37,189 bases of DNA, taken from assembly GCA_038087875.1 (NCBI GenBank), contig JAXLNO010000552.1:1-37189 (forward strand), read 5' to 3'. Every line of letters starts with the position of its first letter. Within the stretch, counting starts at the first letter, position 1. The position numbers and the translations under genes were made by a program. The DNA is from Malacoraja senta (lineage: Eukaryota). The notes below the pieces were generated by a model, which saw only the letters and a program-made list of their open reading frames with translations, made no database searches and was not told where the DNA came from. Shown here one piece after another: positions 20,851-31,344 of the stretch.

Positions 20851-21116
20851 GGGCAGTCGCGGTGGCGCAGTGGTAGAGTTGATGCCTTACATCGCTTTCA
20901 GCGCCAGAGACCCGGGTTCGATCCCGGCCACGGGTGCTGTCTGTATGGAGTTTGTATGTTCTCCCCGTGACCTGCGTGGGTTTTCTCCGGGTGCTCCGGT
21001 TTTCACCCACACTCCAAAGACGTGCAGGTTTGTAGGTTAATTGGCTTGGTATAAATGTCAAATTGTCCATCGTGTGTGTAGGATAGTGTTAGTGTGCAGG
21101 GATCTGTGTTTGGCAT
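20851..21116 (+). mobile_element. V-SINE with canonical Pol III A/B boxes
   Basis: TGGCGCAGTGG and GGTTCGATCCC; V-domain; 3' truncated. Confidence 0.9.
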
Positions 21117-21121
21117 GTCGA

Positions 21122-21345
21122 AGGGAGGGGTGGGGGCGGGAAAAAGAAAGGAAGAGGCGGAGACAGTGGGCTTGTGGGAGAACTGGGAAGGGGAGGGGAA
21201 GGAGGGAGAAAGCAAGGGCTATCTAAAATTAGAGAAGCCAATGTTCATACCGCTGGGGTGGAAACTACCCAAACGAAATATGAGGTGCTGCTCCTCCAAT
21301 TTGCGCTGGGCCTCACTCTGGCAATGGAGGAGGCCCAGGACAGAA
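21122..21345 (-). mobile_element. Penelope-like element fragment
   Basis: Reverse complement of SVLGLLHCQSEAQRKLEEQHLIFRLGSFHPSGMNI plus purine-rich UTR. Confidence 0.85.
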
Positions 21346-21903
21346 CAAATAATTAAAAAAAAAAATCTAAATCCTTTGCATCTGCAGATTTGCGCGGTCT
21401 GTGTGGTTTAACATGTTTCAGAATATCCCGCACTCCCGCACTGCAGACCAGTTTACAATATAGCTAAATTTAAATTGCTCTTCCTTGGACGATGCTATCG
21501 TCAATGACAGACAAAACACCCTTCAAGAGGCGATGTATATTCATTTGGCAATTTGATCTCTGTGGCACATATTGAAAATAAAATTGCTTAATATTTATGA
21601 AGAGTAGAAAATGTCTACGATAATCCCACAGGCACTGCCTTTTTTTAAATTCGGATCTTACAAAAATAGGGACAGAGAAAGTGGCATTAGTGTTATTCCT
21701 CCTAAAAACCATTAGCAATACATTTATTTCAAACTTTTCTCATTTTAGTTCCACACCTCGTGGGGCAGTGAATCGATGAGCGAAGATTTGAAGAAGATGA
21801 GATGAGGCGCAAACAACATTGCCTCAGCTTTGATAGCCGATGGAAACGTGGAACTGCAGGTGCTGGTTTACTGGACACAGAGTGCTGGAGTAACTCAGCG
21901 GGG

Positions 21904-22381
21904 CAATACACAATAGACAATAGGTGCAGAAGTAGGCCATTCGGCCCTTCGAGCCAGCACCACCATTCAATGTGATCATGGCTGATCATCCCCAATCAGT
22001 ACCCCGTTCCTGCCTTCTCCCCATATCCCCTGACTCCGCTGCTTTTAAGAGCCCTATCTAGCTCTCTCTTGAAAGTATCCAGAGAACCTGCCTCCACCGC
22101 CCTCTGAGGCAGAAAATTCCATAGATTCACCACTCTCTGTGAGAAAAAGTGTATCGTCCTCTCGTTTCTAAATGGCTTACCCCTTATTCTTAAACTGTGG
22201 CCCCTGGTTCTGGTCTCCCCCAACATCGGGAACATGTTTCCTGCTTTCCTGCCTCTAGCCTGTCCAAACCCTTAACAATCTTATATGTTTCAATGAGATT
22301 CCCTCTCATCCTTCTAAACTCCAGAGTGTACAAGCCCAGCCGCTCCATTCTCTCAGCATTTGACAGTCCCGCCATCCCGGG
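21904..22381 (-). mobile_element. CR1 3' fragment inserted inside a 66-bp unit
   Basis: GLSNAERMERLGLYTLEFRRMRG..WNFLP; (CTATTGT)n tail; CGGG microhomology at the junction. Confidence 0.92.
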
Positions 22382-22474
22382 TCAGGCAGCATCTCTGGAG
22401 AACATGGATAGGTGACGTTTCACAGAGTACTGGAGTAACTCAGCGGGTCAGGCAGCATCTGGAGAACATGGATT

Positions 22475-22508
22475 GGTGACGTTTCAGGTCGAGACCTTTC
22501 TTCAGACT
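22475..22508 (-). ncRNA. Minimal hammerhead ribozyme motif with compensatory stem II
   Basis: CUGAAGA-A-AGGU(CUCG)ACCU-GAAACGUC; the G-C pair is replaced by A-U. Confidence 0.7.
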
Positions 22509-23183
22509 GAGAGTCAGGGGAAAGCGAAACGAGAGATATAGAGAGATATGGAATGAATGAATGAAAGATCTGCAAAAATGTAATGATGATCAAGGATTCA
22601 GACCATTGTTAGCAGTGTGCTAGGTGAAAATGAGTTACAGACAATGAGACTCAACAAGCCAACTTTGAAGCCAGAACGACGTGGGAGGGGGGGAGATGGA
22701 GATAGAGGGGATGCAAGGGCTATTTGAAGTTCGAGAAGTCAATGTTCATACCGCTGGGGTTGTAAGCAGCCCAAGTGAAATATGAGATGCTGTTCCTCCA
22801 ATTTGCTTTGAGCCTCACTCTGACAATGGAGGAGGCCCAGGACAGAAAGGTCAGTGTGGGAATGGGAATTAAAGTGTTTAGCAACTGGGAGATCAGGTAG
22901 CTCCAGGCTGACTGAGCGGAGGAGTTCAGTGAAAGGATCAGCCAGTCTGTGAGAGATGATTTTGGCCATTACCGATATCCCTGCCAATCTCAACCACTAG
23001 AGGAACAGAGCAACGAAATAATCATGTCCCATTTACCTGCCCCATGCTGACAGCTCCTCTTGTCATTGTAGCGACCTCTTTGTGATGTTTATACCTTGTG
23101 TTCATATATTATTCACTGTACAGATTGCATTTCTCTTTCCTAAGCTTTTTCAAATCAAGTCACTTTTTTCACGTAAATATATT

Positions 23184-23446
23184 TTTATCGGGTTGCATCA
23201 CAGCTTGGTTTGGGAACAACTCCATCCAAGAGTTGTAGATGTATCCCAGTCCATCACACAGACCACACTCCCCACCATTGTAGATGTAGCCCAGTCCATC
23301 ACACAGTCCACACTCCCCACCATTGACTCCATCTACACTCCACGCTGTCTCGGGAAAGCAGCCAACAAAATCAAAGACTTGTCCCGCCCCGGTCATTCCT
23401 TCTTCTCCCTGCTCCCGTCCGGCAGAAGGTACAGAAGCTTGAAAGC
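23184..23446 (+). mobile_element. Rex1-like LINE fragment with 45-bp internal duplication
   Basis: VVDVAQSITQSTLPTIDSIYTPRCLGKAANKIKDLSRPGHSFFSLLPSGRRYRSLK. Confidence 0.85.
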
Positions 23447-23451
23447 TAGAT

Positions 23452-23835
23452 ACTGGTCCTTGATTACGCTGCTGGCCTTGCGGAGGCAGCATGAGGTATA
23501 AATGGAGTCAATGGAAGGGAGTTTGGTTTGTGTGACGGTCTGGGCTGCGTCCACAATTCACTGCAATATCTTGCGGTCTTGGATGGAGTTGTAGGGGACA
23601 TGGCAAACTTCCGGAGCCTCTAAGGAAGTAGAAGCGTTGGTGTGCTTTCTTGGTCATTGGTTTGATGTGTCTGGGCCGGGACAAGTTGCTGGGACAAACT
23701 TCGCGCCGTCAATGCAGACTGGCGTGTGTGTACCGCTTCACTTCCTGAAGTCGATCACTGTCTCCTTTGTCTTGCTTTGTCTTACAAGAGGGAAGTTGTT
23801 GAGGGTGAGGACAAGTTCCGCCAGGCGGAGCAGAC
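23452..23835 (-). mobile_element. Rex1-like LINE fragments (internally deleted)
   Basis: Similar to 33020-33256; VIDFRK and QRFYFLR remnants. Confidence 0.75.
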
Positions 23836-24035
23836 TGTTGGAGGAAGTTTATCAGCATTTTCTATCTATATTTTAGATATCAGCATCTGAAGTTCTTTGG
23901 ACTTTCATTGCCAACCCTAAACTCTTTCTATACTTTGTTGTTGTGCTGTAGGAGGGAGTTTCGTACTTTAACCGTAACCTATATCTGACAATGCTCAGAT
24001 AGGCATAGACGTGAAATAAAACAGCTCATAGATCA

Positions 24036-24570
24036 TGTTACGACTCCCGAAAGCAGGCATTTCAGAGTCGCGTAACATAAGTCCAAAAGCCAGGTTTACG
24101 TTCAAAAATAGTTTAATTATTGATAACATCCCAAAACCCAAACCTGCTTCAAACAACGCAGACAAGGATGAATGGATTAATAAACAACTTAAAGGTGCTC
24201 AGGCCAGTCACATGATGGACCGTCGAACCCGAGGCTCTAATCCTGCCTAAAAGAAAGCTATCCCTGAAACAAAATACCGATAACGTCTAAGGACAGCCCA
24301 ATCCAATAGTCGTTACTACAAAATGATGGAATTACACGAAGATCTATGCCATGTGGCCGGGCCTTTCGCAGCTCACACCAGCACAACCTCACGAGGCAGG
24401 ATCGTCACCAAAAGAGAAAGAACTCTGGGAAATCTTCCATTTATACTGGGGATGAGTCAGCCGTCACCTGATGCAGCCTGGCCAATCAGGTACAGGATCC
24501 TTCCAGCCTTCACTTGGGGAAGAAACAGAGGTTAACACACAACATTGACCAGGAGGGGGAGCGTGTCACA
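24036..24570 (-). repeat. 3' LTR (535 bp)
   Basis: TGTTACG...GTGTCACA; about 18 substitutions plus 1 indel versus the other LTR (counted by eye). Confidence 0.95.
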
Positions 24571-24580
24571 CCCCCACCCA
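24571..24580 (-). promoter_or_regulatory. Polypurine tract
   Basis: TGGGTGGGGG immediately 5' of the 3' LTR on the minus strand. Confidence 0.8.
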
Positions 24581-24633
24581 AAGATACTGAATAAGTTTCG
24601 GCAGAGAGAAAAAACACCACCAAATTCCCGAAA

Positions 24634-25113
24634 CTATTCAGGAGCTAAACTCCACTGGCGCGACAAGGCGTCAGCCAAGACATTATCCTTGCCACGGATA
24701 TGCCTGACCTCCAGGTTATAGTCTTGCAGCTGCAAACTCCAGCTCATTAACCGCCGGTTCTTATTTTTCATATTATTCAAAAACACCAACGGATTATGAT
24801 CCGTGAGTACGATGACAGGGACATTCGAGGAGCCAACATAAACCTCGAAATGTCTCAGAGACACCAACATAGCAAGGGCCTCTTTCTCAATGGTGTACCA
24901 CTTCTGATGACGATTAAACTTCTTAGAGAAGTACGAAACTGGATGCTCCACCCCATCTGAATCATCCTGTAGAAGAACTCCCCCAACCCCACGATCACCA
25001 GCATCCACTGCCAGCTTAAATGGAATCTCAAAATCAGGTGCCGCAAGCACAGGTGCGCGCACCAGAAGACTTTTTGTATGATCAAAGGCTTGTTGACACT
25101 GCGGACCACACAA
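24634..25113 (-). pseudogene. pol: RNase H domain of Pol (frameshifted continuation)
   Basis: APVLAAPDF..FKLAVDAGD..SYFSKKF..IEKEAL..TDHNPL..DNVLADALSR; single frameshift near 25105. Confidence 0.92.
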
Positions 25114-28100
25114 AAGCTACCTTCGGACTCAGCAAATCCGTCAAAGGGGCAGCCACCGCAGAAAAGTTTGGACAGAATCCTCTATAGTACCCAACCATAG
25201 CCAGATACCTACGGAGTTCAGTCCTCGAGGTTGGAGCAGGAAAAGCGACAATATGCTCCACCTTGTCCTTGAGAGTACGAACCTGACCCCGGCCCACCAC
25301 CTTACCCAGATACGTTACCGTGGCCTGGCCAAATTCACACTTCCCCAGATTGATAGTGAGCTTTGCATCCGCTAGCCGATGGAATACCTCCTTCAGATGA
25401 CCGATGTGTTCGATCCACGACCTGGAGCACACAACCAAATCATCAAGGTATGCCTCACAGAAGGTCAAACCAGACAATACAATGTTCACCAACCGTTGGA
25501 AGGTTGCCGGCGCATTGCGCATCCCAAATGCCATCACCATATACTGCAGAAAGTTATCAGGCGTAACGAATGCAGAGATCTCCCTCGCCCGCCTAGTCAA
25601 GGGAACTTGCCAATACCCTTTTAACAAGTCCAATTTGGACACAAACGACGCACTTCCCACACGATCCAAGCAATCCTCCATTCGTGGGAGAGGATAGCAA
25701 TCCGGCTTAGTTACACCGTTTACTTTCCGAAAGTCCATGCAAAACCTGTCCTCCCCATTTGCCTTCGTAGCCAGTAGACACGGAGAACTCCACGGACTAC
25801 AACTAGGTTCAGCAATGCCATGCCGCAGCATATAGTCAACCTGACTCCCTAGACGATGACGCTTGTCAGGGTTGACCCGATACGGATGCTGTTTAATTGG
25901 CGCAGCACCGGCCACGTCAATGTCATGCTGCAGCACAGACGTCTGAGAAGGCACATCCGAGAACAGCGACCCACCCGACTTCACCAAACAAAGCAGATCA
26001 CCCCGCTGACCTTCAGTCAAATGCGACAAACGCAAGGGAAGCCACTCCAAAGCCTCAGAGTTACACAGCCTTCCCTGCGTCACTGCCACCGACAACCGTG
26101 CCTCACCCACATCACCACCCGTGTCAGGAGGCAGCACCACTGCAGCCAAAACAAGCTTAGACGAAACCGAAGGACCCCGCACCTCCCCATCAACCTCCAC
26201 AGGCTCCTGCTCATGGTACTGCTTCATCATGTTGACATGACAGAGCTGAGTCTTACGCCTTCGATCAGGGGTACCTATAACATAATCCCTTTCACCAACC
26301 TTCTTAACCACCTGATAGGGACCGCTATACCGAGCCTGCAGATTGGAACCAGGAATAGGCAACAACACCAGGACCTTGTCACCTGGAGAAAAATTCCTAT
26401 TAGAAGCCTTCCTGTCGAACCACCCCTTCATCCTAGACTGAGCAGAAGCAAGATTCCCCATTGCCAGTTCGCCTGCCCTCTTCAGTCTAGACCGAAAGGT
26501 ACAGACGTGGTCTAAAATACTCCGTTTATTGTCCTCCTGCAACCATTTCTCCTTTAGGACCCTCAACGGACCACGTACAGTATGCGCGAACACCAGGTCA
26601 GCAGGACTGAACCCCAAAGACTCCTGCACGACCTCATGCACCCCAAACATAACTAGATGAACCCCCTCATCCCAGTCCTTTTCAAACTCCAGGCAGTAAG
26701 TCCTCAACATAGACTTCAAAGTCTGGTGAAACCTCTCGAGAGCTCCCTGGCTCTCAGGGTGATACGCACTGGAGTAACAATGTTTAATATCTAATATCTG
26801 CATTGCCTGACCAAAAACCTTCGACATGAAGTTGGAACCTTGGTCACTCTGCACCACCTTGGGCAAACCGAACAACGAAGAAAACTTAGTGAGAGACTTC
26901 ACAATGGTAGGGGCAGTAATTCTACGCAAAGGGACCACCTCCGGAAAACGGGTAGACGCACCCATTATTGTCAACAAAAACTTGTTGCCCACCTTTGTCC
27001 GAGGTAGAGGACCCACACAATCAACTAGAATCCGTTCAAACGTCTCATCGACCACAGGGATTGGAGACAAAGGCGCAGGAACAATCGATTTGTTCGGCTT
27101 TCCTGCCACCTGGCAAATGTGACAACACCTGCAATGCTGTTTCACGTCCTTCTTCAACCCTGGCCAAAAACAATTCCGTAAGATACGGTCATTCGTCTTA
27201 TTGACTCCCAAATGTCCACCCAGAGGACCATCATGAGCCAAACAGAGTATCTCGTCCCTATACCGACGAGGTATTACAATCTGATCAACCACGCTCCAAT
27301 CATCATGCCCAGATATATCCAAGGGAGACCACTTTCGCATCAGTAAGCCCTCCCTTAGAAAATACCGCTTCGCTGTGGAACCAATATCCCCTTCGGGCAC
27401 CGCGCGGTCGAACAGCTCAGACAAACTTTGATCACTCTTTTGCTCCTCAACCAGCCGGACACTTGACAGCGACACCGGTCCATTTTCAGACACTATCTCA
27501 TCTTGAGATGTAGAAACACCCTTCACAACACAGGATCCCTCATCCAGATCCCCAAAAATGCTCTCACTCAGGTCCACTACATCCTCAAACTTCGCCTGGC
27601 TCTCAGCCATAGCCCTCGTGACAGCACAAGCTGCGAAGACCGTCGGATGCTGCATAGCCAACCCATCAGGACTCTGCACCATCGGAACAGCCGTTACCTC
27701 AGGAGTAACCAAAACTCCATCTCCTGCCAAGTCATTCCCCAAAATCACTGAAACACCCTCAACGGGATAACACGGCCGTAACCCAACAGTTACCCGGCCT
27801 GAAACCAACTCGGACTCGAGACTCACGGTATGCAAAGGTACTGCCATGTCATCCATCCCGAATCCTACCACAGGGACATTTGACCCAACTGATGATTCCG
27901 CAGAAAACGGCAGTACACTATCCACTTTACAGGACTGAGCAGCACCAGTATCACGCAAGATGGATACTGGAACTCTATCGCCCCCATCCTCCAGAGAAAC
28001 AAAACCATCCATGACTAACGCAGAATCATCCCTACACTTATCAGACTCAGGCACCTTCTGCTCATTAAGGCAAACAGTAACCTTTTCAGGGAAACAAATC

Positions 28101-28525
28101 CCAAAGTCTCCCATAATCCTATCTAATTCTTTCTCACGCAACCTAAACTCAGCCCTTTTGGTTTCCACCTCAAGCTCAAGCCGTTTCATTTCAAGAACAT
28201 GCATGAGCTCCATTTTTCGTACCTCAAGCTCCATCTCCTTTCTTAAGGCCATTCTCTGTGACTCAAGCTCCATCTCCTTCAGTCTAATTACGGCCTCCAT
28301 GTTCTGACCAGGCTGAATGGAAGGTGTGGGACTGTCTGCACAACCAGGCACAACCCCACTCTCCACCAACGCAGCCCACACCACCGATTTAATTACCTGT
28401 TTCTTTGCATGTGGGTCAATAGGCACTTCATAATTCCCAGCCAGCCAAATCAAATGCTCTTTCGTACCTCGATCAAACAACTCCCGACTAGGAGCCTCAA
28501 TAAAGTCCTTCCATCTAGACTCCAT
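25082..28525 (-). CDS. pol: Gag-Pol polyprotein: short Gag N-terminus/coiled coil, protease, integrase, reverse transcriptase
   Basis: First ATG (MESRW) at 28525; LRDTGA (protease); H..GHLG..CHICQ and DCVGP/SDQG/ERFH (integrase HHCC plus DDE); GPY; DFRKVN, DLLKGYWQ, YLDD (RT). Confidence 0.92.
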   Translation of the reverse strand: MESRWKDFIEAPSRELFDRGTKEHLIWLAGNYEVPIDPHAKKQVIKSVVWAALVESGVVPGCADSPTPSIQPGQNMEAVIRLKEMELESQRMALRKEMELEVRKMELMHVLEMKRLELEVETKRAEFRLREKELDRIMGDFGICFPEKVTVCLNEQKVPESDKCRDDSALVMDGFVSLEDGGDRVPVSILRDTGAAQSCKVDSVLPFSAESSVGSNVPVVGFGMDDMAVPLHTVSLESELVSGRVTVGLRPCYPVEGVSVILGNDLAGDGVLVTPEVTAVPMVQSPDGLAMQHPTVFAACAVTRAMAESQAKFEDVVDLSESIFGDLDEGSCVVKGVSTSQDEIVSENGPVSLSSVRLVEEQKSDQSLSELFDRAVPEGDIGSTAKRYFLREGLLMRKWSPLDISGHDDWSVVDQIVIPRRYRDEILCLAHDGPLGGHLGVNKTNDRILRNCFWPGLKKDVKQHCRCCHICQVAGKPNKSIVPAPLSPIPVVDETFERILVDCVGPLPRTKVGNKFLLTIMGASTRFPEVVPLRRITAPTIVKSLTKFSSLFGLPKVVQSDQGSNFMSKVFGQAMQILDIKHCYSSAYHPESQGALERFHQTLKSMLRTYCLEFEKDWDEGVHLVMFGVHEVVQESLGFSPADLVFAHTVRGPLRVLKEKWLQEDNKRSILDHVCTFRSRLKRAGELAMGNLASAQSRMKGWFDRKASNRNFSPGDKVLVLLPIPGSNLQARYSGPYQVVKKVGERDYVIGTPDRRRKTQLCHVNMMKQYHEQEPVEVDGEVRGPSVSSKLVLAAVVLPPDTGGDVGEARLSVAVTQGRLCNSEALEWLPLRLSHLTEGQRGDLLCLVKSGGSLFSDVPSQTSVLQHDIDVAGAAPIKQHPYRVNPDKRHRLGSQVDYMLRHGIAEPSCSPWSSPCLLATKANGEDRFCMDFRKVNGVTKPDCYPLPRMEDCLDRVGSASFVSKLDLLKGYWQVPLTRRAREISAFVTPDNFLQYMVMAFGMRNAPATFQRLVNIVLSGLTFCEAYLDDLVVCSRSWIEHIGHLKEVFHRLADAKLTINLGKCEFGQATVTYLGKVVGRGQVRTLKDKVEHIVAFPAPTSRTELRRYLAMVGYYRGFCPNFSAVAAPLTDLLSPKVAFVWSAVSTSL

Positions 28526-28526
28526 A

Positions 28527-28744
28527 TCAAATGTAGCCAAAAGCACCAGCTAAACCCTGGGCACCAATGCTACCACAAACAGGGAAGAAAACCTCCCTCA
28601 CAACACACAGAGACTTCCTCAGTCCAGAAGTCTCAATTCAAATGTAGCCAAAGCACCAGCTAAACCCTGGGCACCAATGCTACTTCAAACAGGGAAAAAA
28701 ATTCCCTCACAACACACACAGGCTTCTTCGGTCAAGAAGCCCTC
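28527..28744. repeat. ~111-bp tandem duplication in the retrotransposon leader
   Basis: TCAAATGTAGCCAAA(A)GCACCAGCTAAACCCTGGGCACCAATGCTAC at 28527 and 28638. Confidence 0.9.
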
Positions 28745-28786
28745 CAAACAAAAACCCCCACAAACGTCTAGGGTTCTTAAAACTTA

Positions 28787-28799
28787 GGACGAGCCCCCA
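28787..28799 (-). promoter_or_regulatory. Primer-binding site, tRNA-Pro
   Basis: TGGGGGCTCGTCC 3 nt downstream of the 5' LTR; matches the first 13 nt of the canonical Pro PBS. Confidence 0.9.
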
Positions 28800-28802
28800 T
28801 TT

Positions 28803-29338
28803 TGTTACGACTCCCGAAAGCAGGCATTTCAGAGTCGCGTAACATAAGTCCAAAAGCCAGGTTTACGTTCAAAAATAGTTCAATTAGTGATAACACCCCA
28901 AAAACCCAAACCTGCTTCAAACAACCCAGACAAGGATGAATGGATTAATAAACAACTTAAAGGTGCTCAGGCCAGTCACGCGATGGACCGTCGAACCCGA
29001 CGCTCTAAACCTGCCTAAAAGAAAGCTATCCCTGAAACAAAATACCGATAACGACGAAGGACAGCCCAATCCAATATTTGTTACTACAAAATGATGGAAT
29101 TACACAAAGTTCTATGCCATGTGGCCGGGCCTTTCACAGCTCACACCAGCACAACCTCACGAGGCAGGGTCGTCACCGAAAGAGAAAGAACTCTGGGAAA
29201 TCTTCCATTTATACTGGGGATGAGTCAGCCATCACCTGATGCAGCCTGGCCAATCAGGTACAGGATCCTTCCAGCCTTCACTTGGGGAAGAAACAGAGGT
29301 TAACACACAACATTGACCAGGAGGGGGAGCGTGTCACA
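28803..29338 (-). repeat. 5' LTR (536 bp)
   Basis: Direct repeat of 24036-24570. Confidence 0.95.
29207..29254 (-). promoter_or_regulatory. LTR promoter: CCAAT box, AP-1 site, TATA box
   Basis: On minus: ATTGG (29250-29254), TGACTCA (29221-29227), TATAAAT (29207-29213); conserved in both LTRs. Confidence 0.6.
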
Positions 29339-29894
29339 GATCAGTGGTGAGTCGATCGAAAAAAGTCGGTTTATTGAAGGCCTTAGCGAGGTGATCGGGA
29401 AACATCATGAGCAAGTCCAAACTGCCTCCACAAGCCATAGTAACTGTACATTTTTTATATCCTCATGACACAATGGAGTTGAAATAAACCATGAATCAAT
29501 GTCTCTGTAATCTTCCATCTTTGTCTGACCCCAGAGTTAACTTTCATCTTACGTTTCCAGGAAAGGTTTTGAAATTTTTTCTCACATATATTTAACAAAT
29601 AGATAGCATAGATGTCAATGTCCTTGTAAGGAGGATTGATTCTGCACGTTAAATGCGGTACTCTCATTAAAGAGGTTGTTTGTTAACTTGCCTGCGAAAC
29701 ACGGTGACACAGAGCAGTTGTAATGCAAGATTGCAACAGATAAGAACCTAGGCAGAACTACGAAGGACTATCCTCTCCCCAATAGATAAGGAAGCCTGCT
29801 ACTCAGCAGAATGGTTCAACTTTAGCTATTCTGACTACACTCTTGGCTATGCTCCCCAGTATGCGAGCTCCAGAGTTCCCCAAACTATAACCTA

Positions 29895-30027
29895 GTCTGA
29901 AGAAGGGGCTCGACCCGAACTGTCACCCATTCCTTCTCTCCAGAGAAGCTGCCTGTCCCGCTGAGTTACTCCCGCGTTTTGTGTCTACCTTCGCTTTAAA
30001 CCAGCACCTGCAGTTCCTTCCTATACA
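29895..30027 (+). mobile_element. PLE pseudo-LTR with degenerate HHR
   Basis: AGTCTGAAGAAGGGGCTCGACCCGAACTGTCACC..CCCGCTGAGTTACTCC..AAACCAGCACCTGCAGTTCC. Confidence 0.8.
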
Positions 30028-30318
30028 TAATCTGCACATCTTCCTTATAGCTCTCAAAACCCCTGACAACAAGTGCTATGCAGGAGTAACATTGCTGATC
30101 TGTGGCGCTTCAGAATGGGGAATTATGTTTTATTTATCGGTGTTTCTTCGTGTACATCTGCTTCTTAGACCATGACGATTCAAAAGCAGAATAACTGCCA
30201 GTTGACTATCAGTTTCCACCTCACATCAACCTTGTGAACTTCACGCTACTGACAGTCTTCAAGGCTGAGCTAGTCAGACCATTGTCTAACACAGTAAAGC
30301 CGCCTTATTTACAGTCTT

Positions 30319-30414
30319 ATGAATGAATGAATGGATAAGTTTATTGGCCAAGTATTCACATACAAGGACTTTGCTTTGGTGCTCCGCCCGCAAGTGACAA
30401 CATGACATACAGTG
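30319..30414 (-). mobile_element. Rex1-like LINE 3' tail
   Basis: Nearly identical to 7630-7710, with (TTCA)n end. Confidence 0.8.
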
Positions 30415-30419
30415 TTGTC

Positions 30420-30768
30420 ATGTTTTTCCTCATCTCGGTCTTAAAGGATTTCCCCCTTATCCATAAGCTGTGACCCCTTGTCCTGGACTTCCCCAACATT
30501 TAGGACCGAGATGAGAAAAACATTTTTCACACAGAGAGTGGTGAATCTGTGGAATTTTCTGCCACAGAAGGTAGTTGAGGCCAGTTCATTGGCTATATTT
30601 AAGAGGGAGTTAGATGTGGCCCTTGTGGCTAAAGGGATCAGGGGGTATGGAGAGAAGGCAGGTACAGGATACTGAATTAGATGATCAGCCATGATCATAT
30701 TGAATGGCAATGCAGGCTCGAAGGGCCGAATGGCCTATTCCTGCACCTATTTTCTATGTTTCTATGTT
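30420..30768 (+). mobile_element. CR1 3' fragment with inverted 5' segment
   Basis: 30420-30499 is minus-strand CR1; 30500-30768 is plus strand through the (TTTCTATG)n tail. Confidence 0.88.
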
Positions 30769-31169
30769 CACAGAGTGCTGGAGTAACTCAGCGGGTCAGG
30801 CAGCATCTGTGGAGAACATGGATAGGTGACGTTTCACAGAGTGCTGGAGTAACTCAGCGGGTCAGGCAGCATCTGTGGAGCGAAGGAAATGGGCAACCTT
30901 TCGGGCCGAAATCCTGAAGGAAATAGGCAACGTTTTGGGCCGAAACCCAGAAGGGTTTCGGGCCGAAACGTTGCCTATTTCCTTCGCTCCATAGATGCTG
31001 CCGGAACATGGATAGGTGACGTTTCACAGAGTGCTGGAGTAACTCAGCGGGTCAGGCAGCATCTGTGGAGAACATGGATAGGTGACGTTTCACAGAGTGC
31101 TGGAGTAACTCAGCGGGTCAGGCAGCATCTGTGGAGAACATGGATAGGTGACGTTTCACAGAGTGCTGG
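30769..31169 (-). repeat. 66-bp array with third copy of the fold-back module (30866-31001)
   Basis: Same layout as 961-1280; 3 substitutions in the module. Confidence 0.92.
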
Positions 31170-31344
31170 TGGTTATTATGGTTATTACATTTGTTAATTA
31201 AATGTTTAATTTATTGATTATTAGATATTTATCTGTGTGTTATTGCACGGGACATTCAAACTGAAGCAAATGTCATTATTCAGTTTCTGGTAGATATGAA
31301 AATTAAACACTTAACTCTTGACTCTTGAAGTTAAATTAATTGAA

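Larger units (their letters stand above)
21850..22950 (-). mobile_element. Penelope-like element 3' end with 66-bp units, split by a CR1
   Basis: GIY-YIG remnant at 22739-22950; HHR at 22475-22508; units at 21866-21903 and 22378-22485. Confidence 0.88.
24036..29338 (-). mobile_element. Ty3/Gypsy LTR retrotransposon, Gmr1 clade (integrase upstream of RT), both LTRs present
   Basis: TG..CA LTRs, 5-bp TSD GATCA (24031-24035, 29339-29343), PBS, PPT, PR-IN-RT-RH order. Confidence 0.95.

Noticed and set aside
20851..20930. tRNA gene
   Set aside because: A/B boxes are present but run directly into the V-SINE core, with no acceptor stem or terminator
21470..21860. Possible exon(s) in unique sequence
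   Set aside because: Stops in all frames after the acceptor-like site at ~21748 and no recognisable product
25363..28307. Plus-strand ORFs within the Gypsy element
   Set aside because: Antisense shadows of pol with no independent motifs
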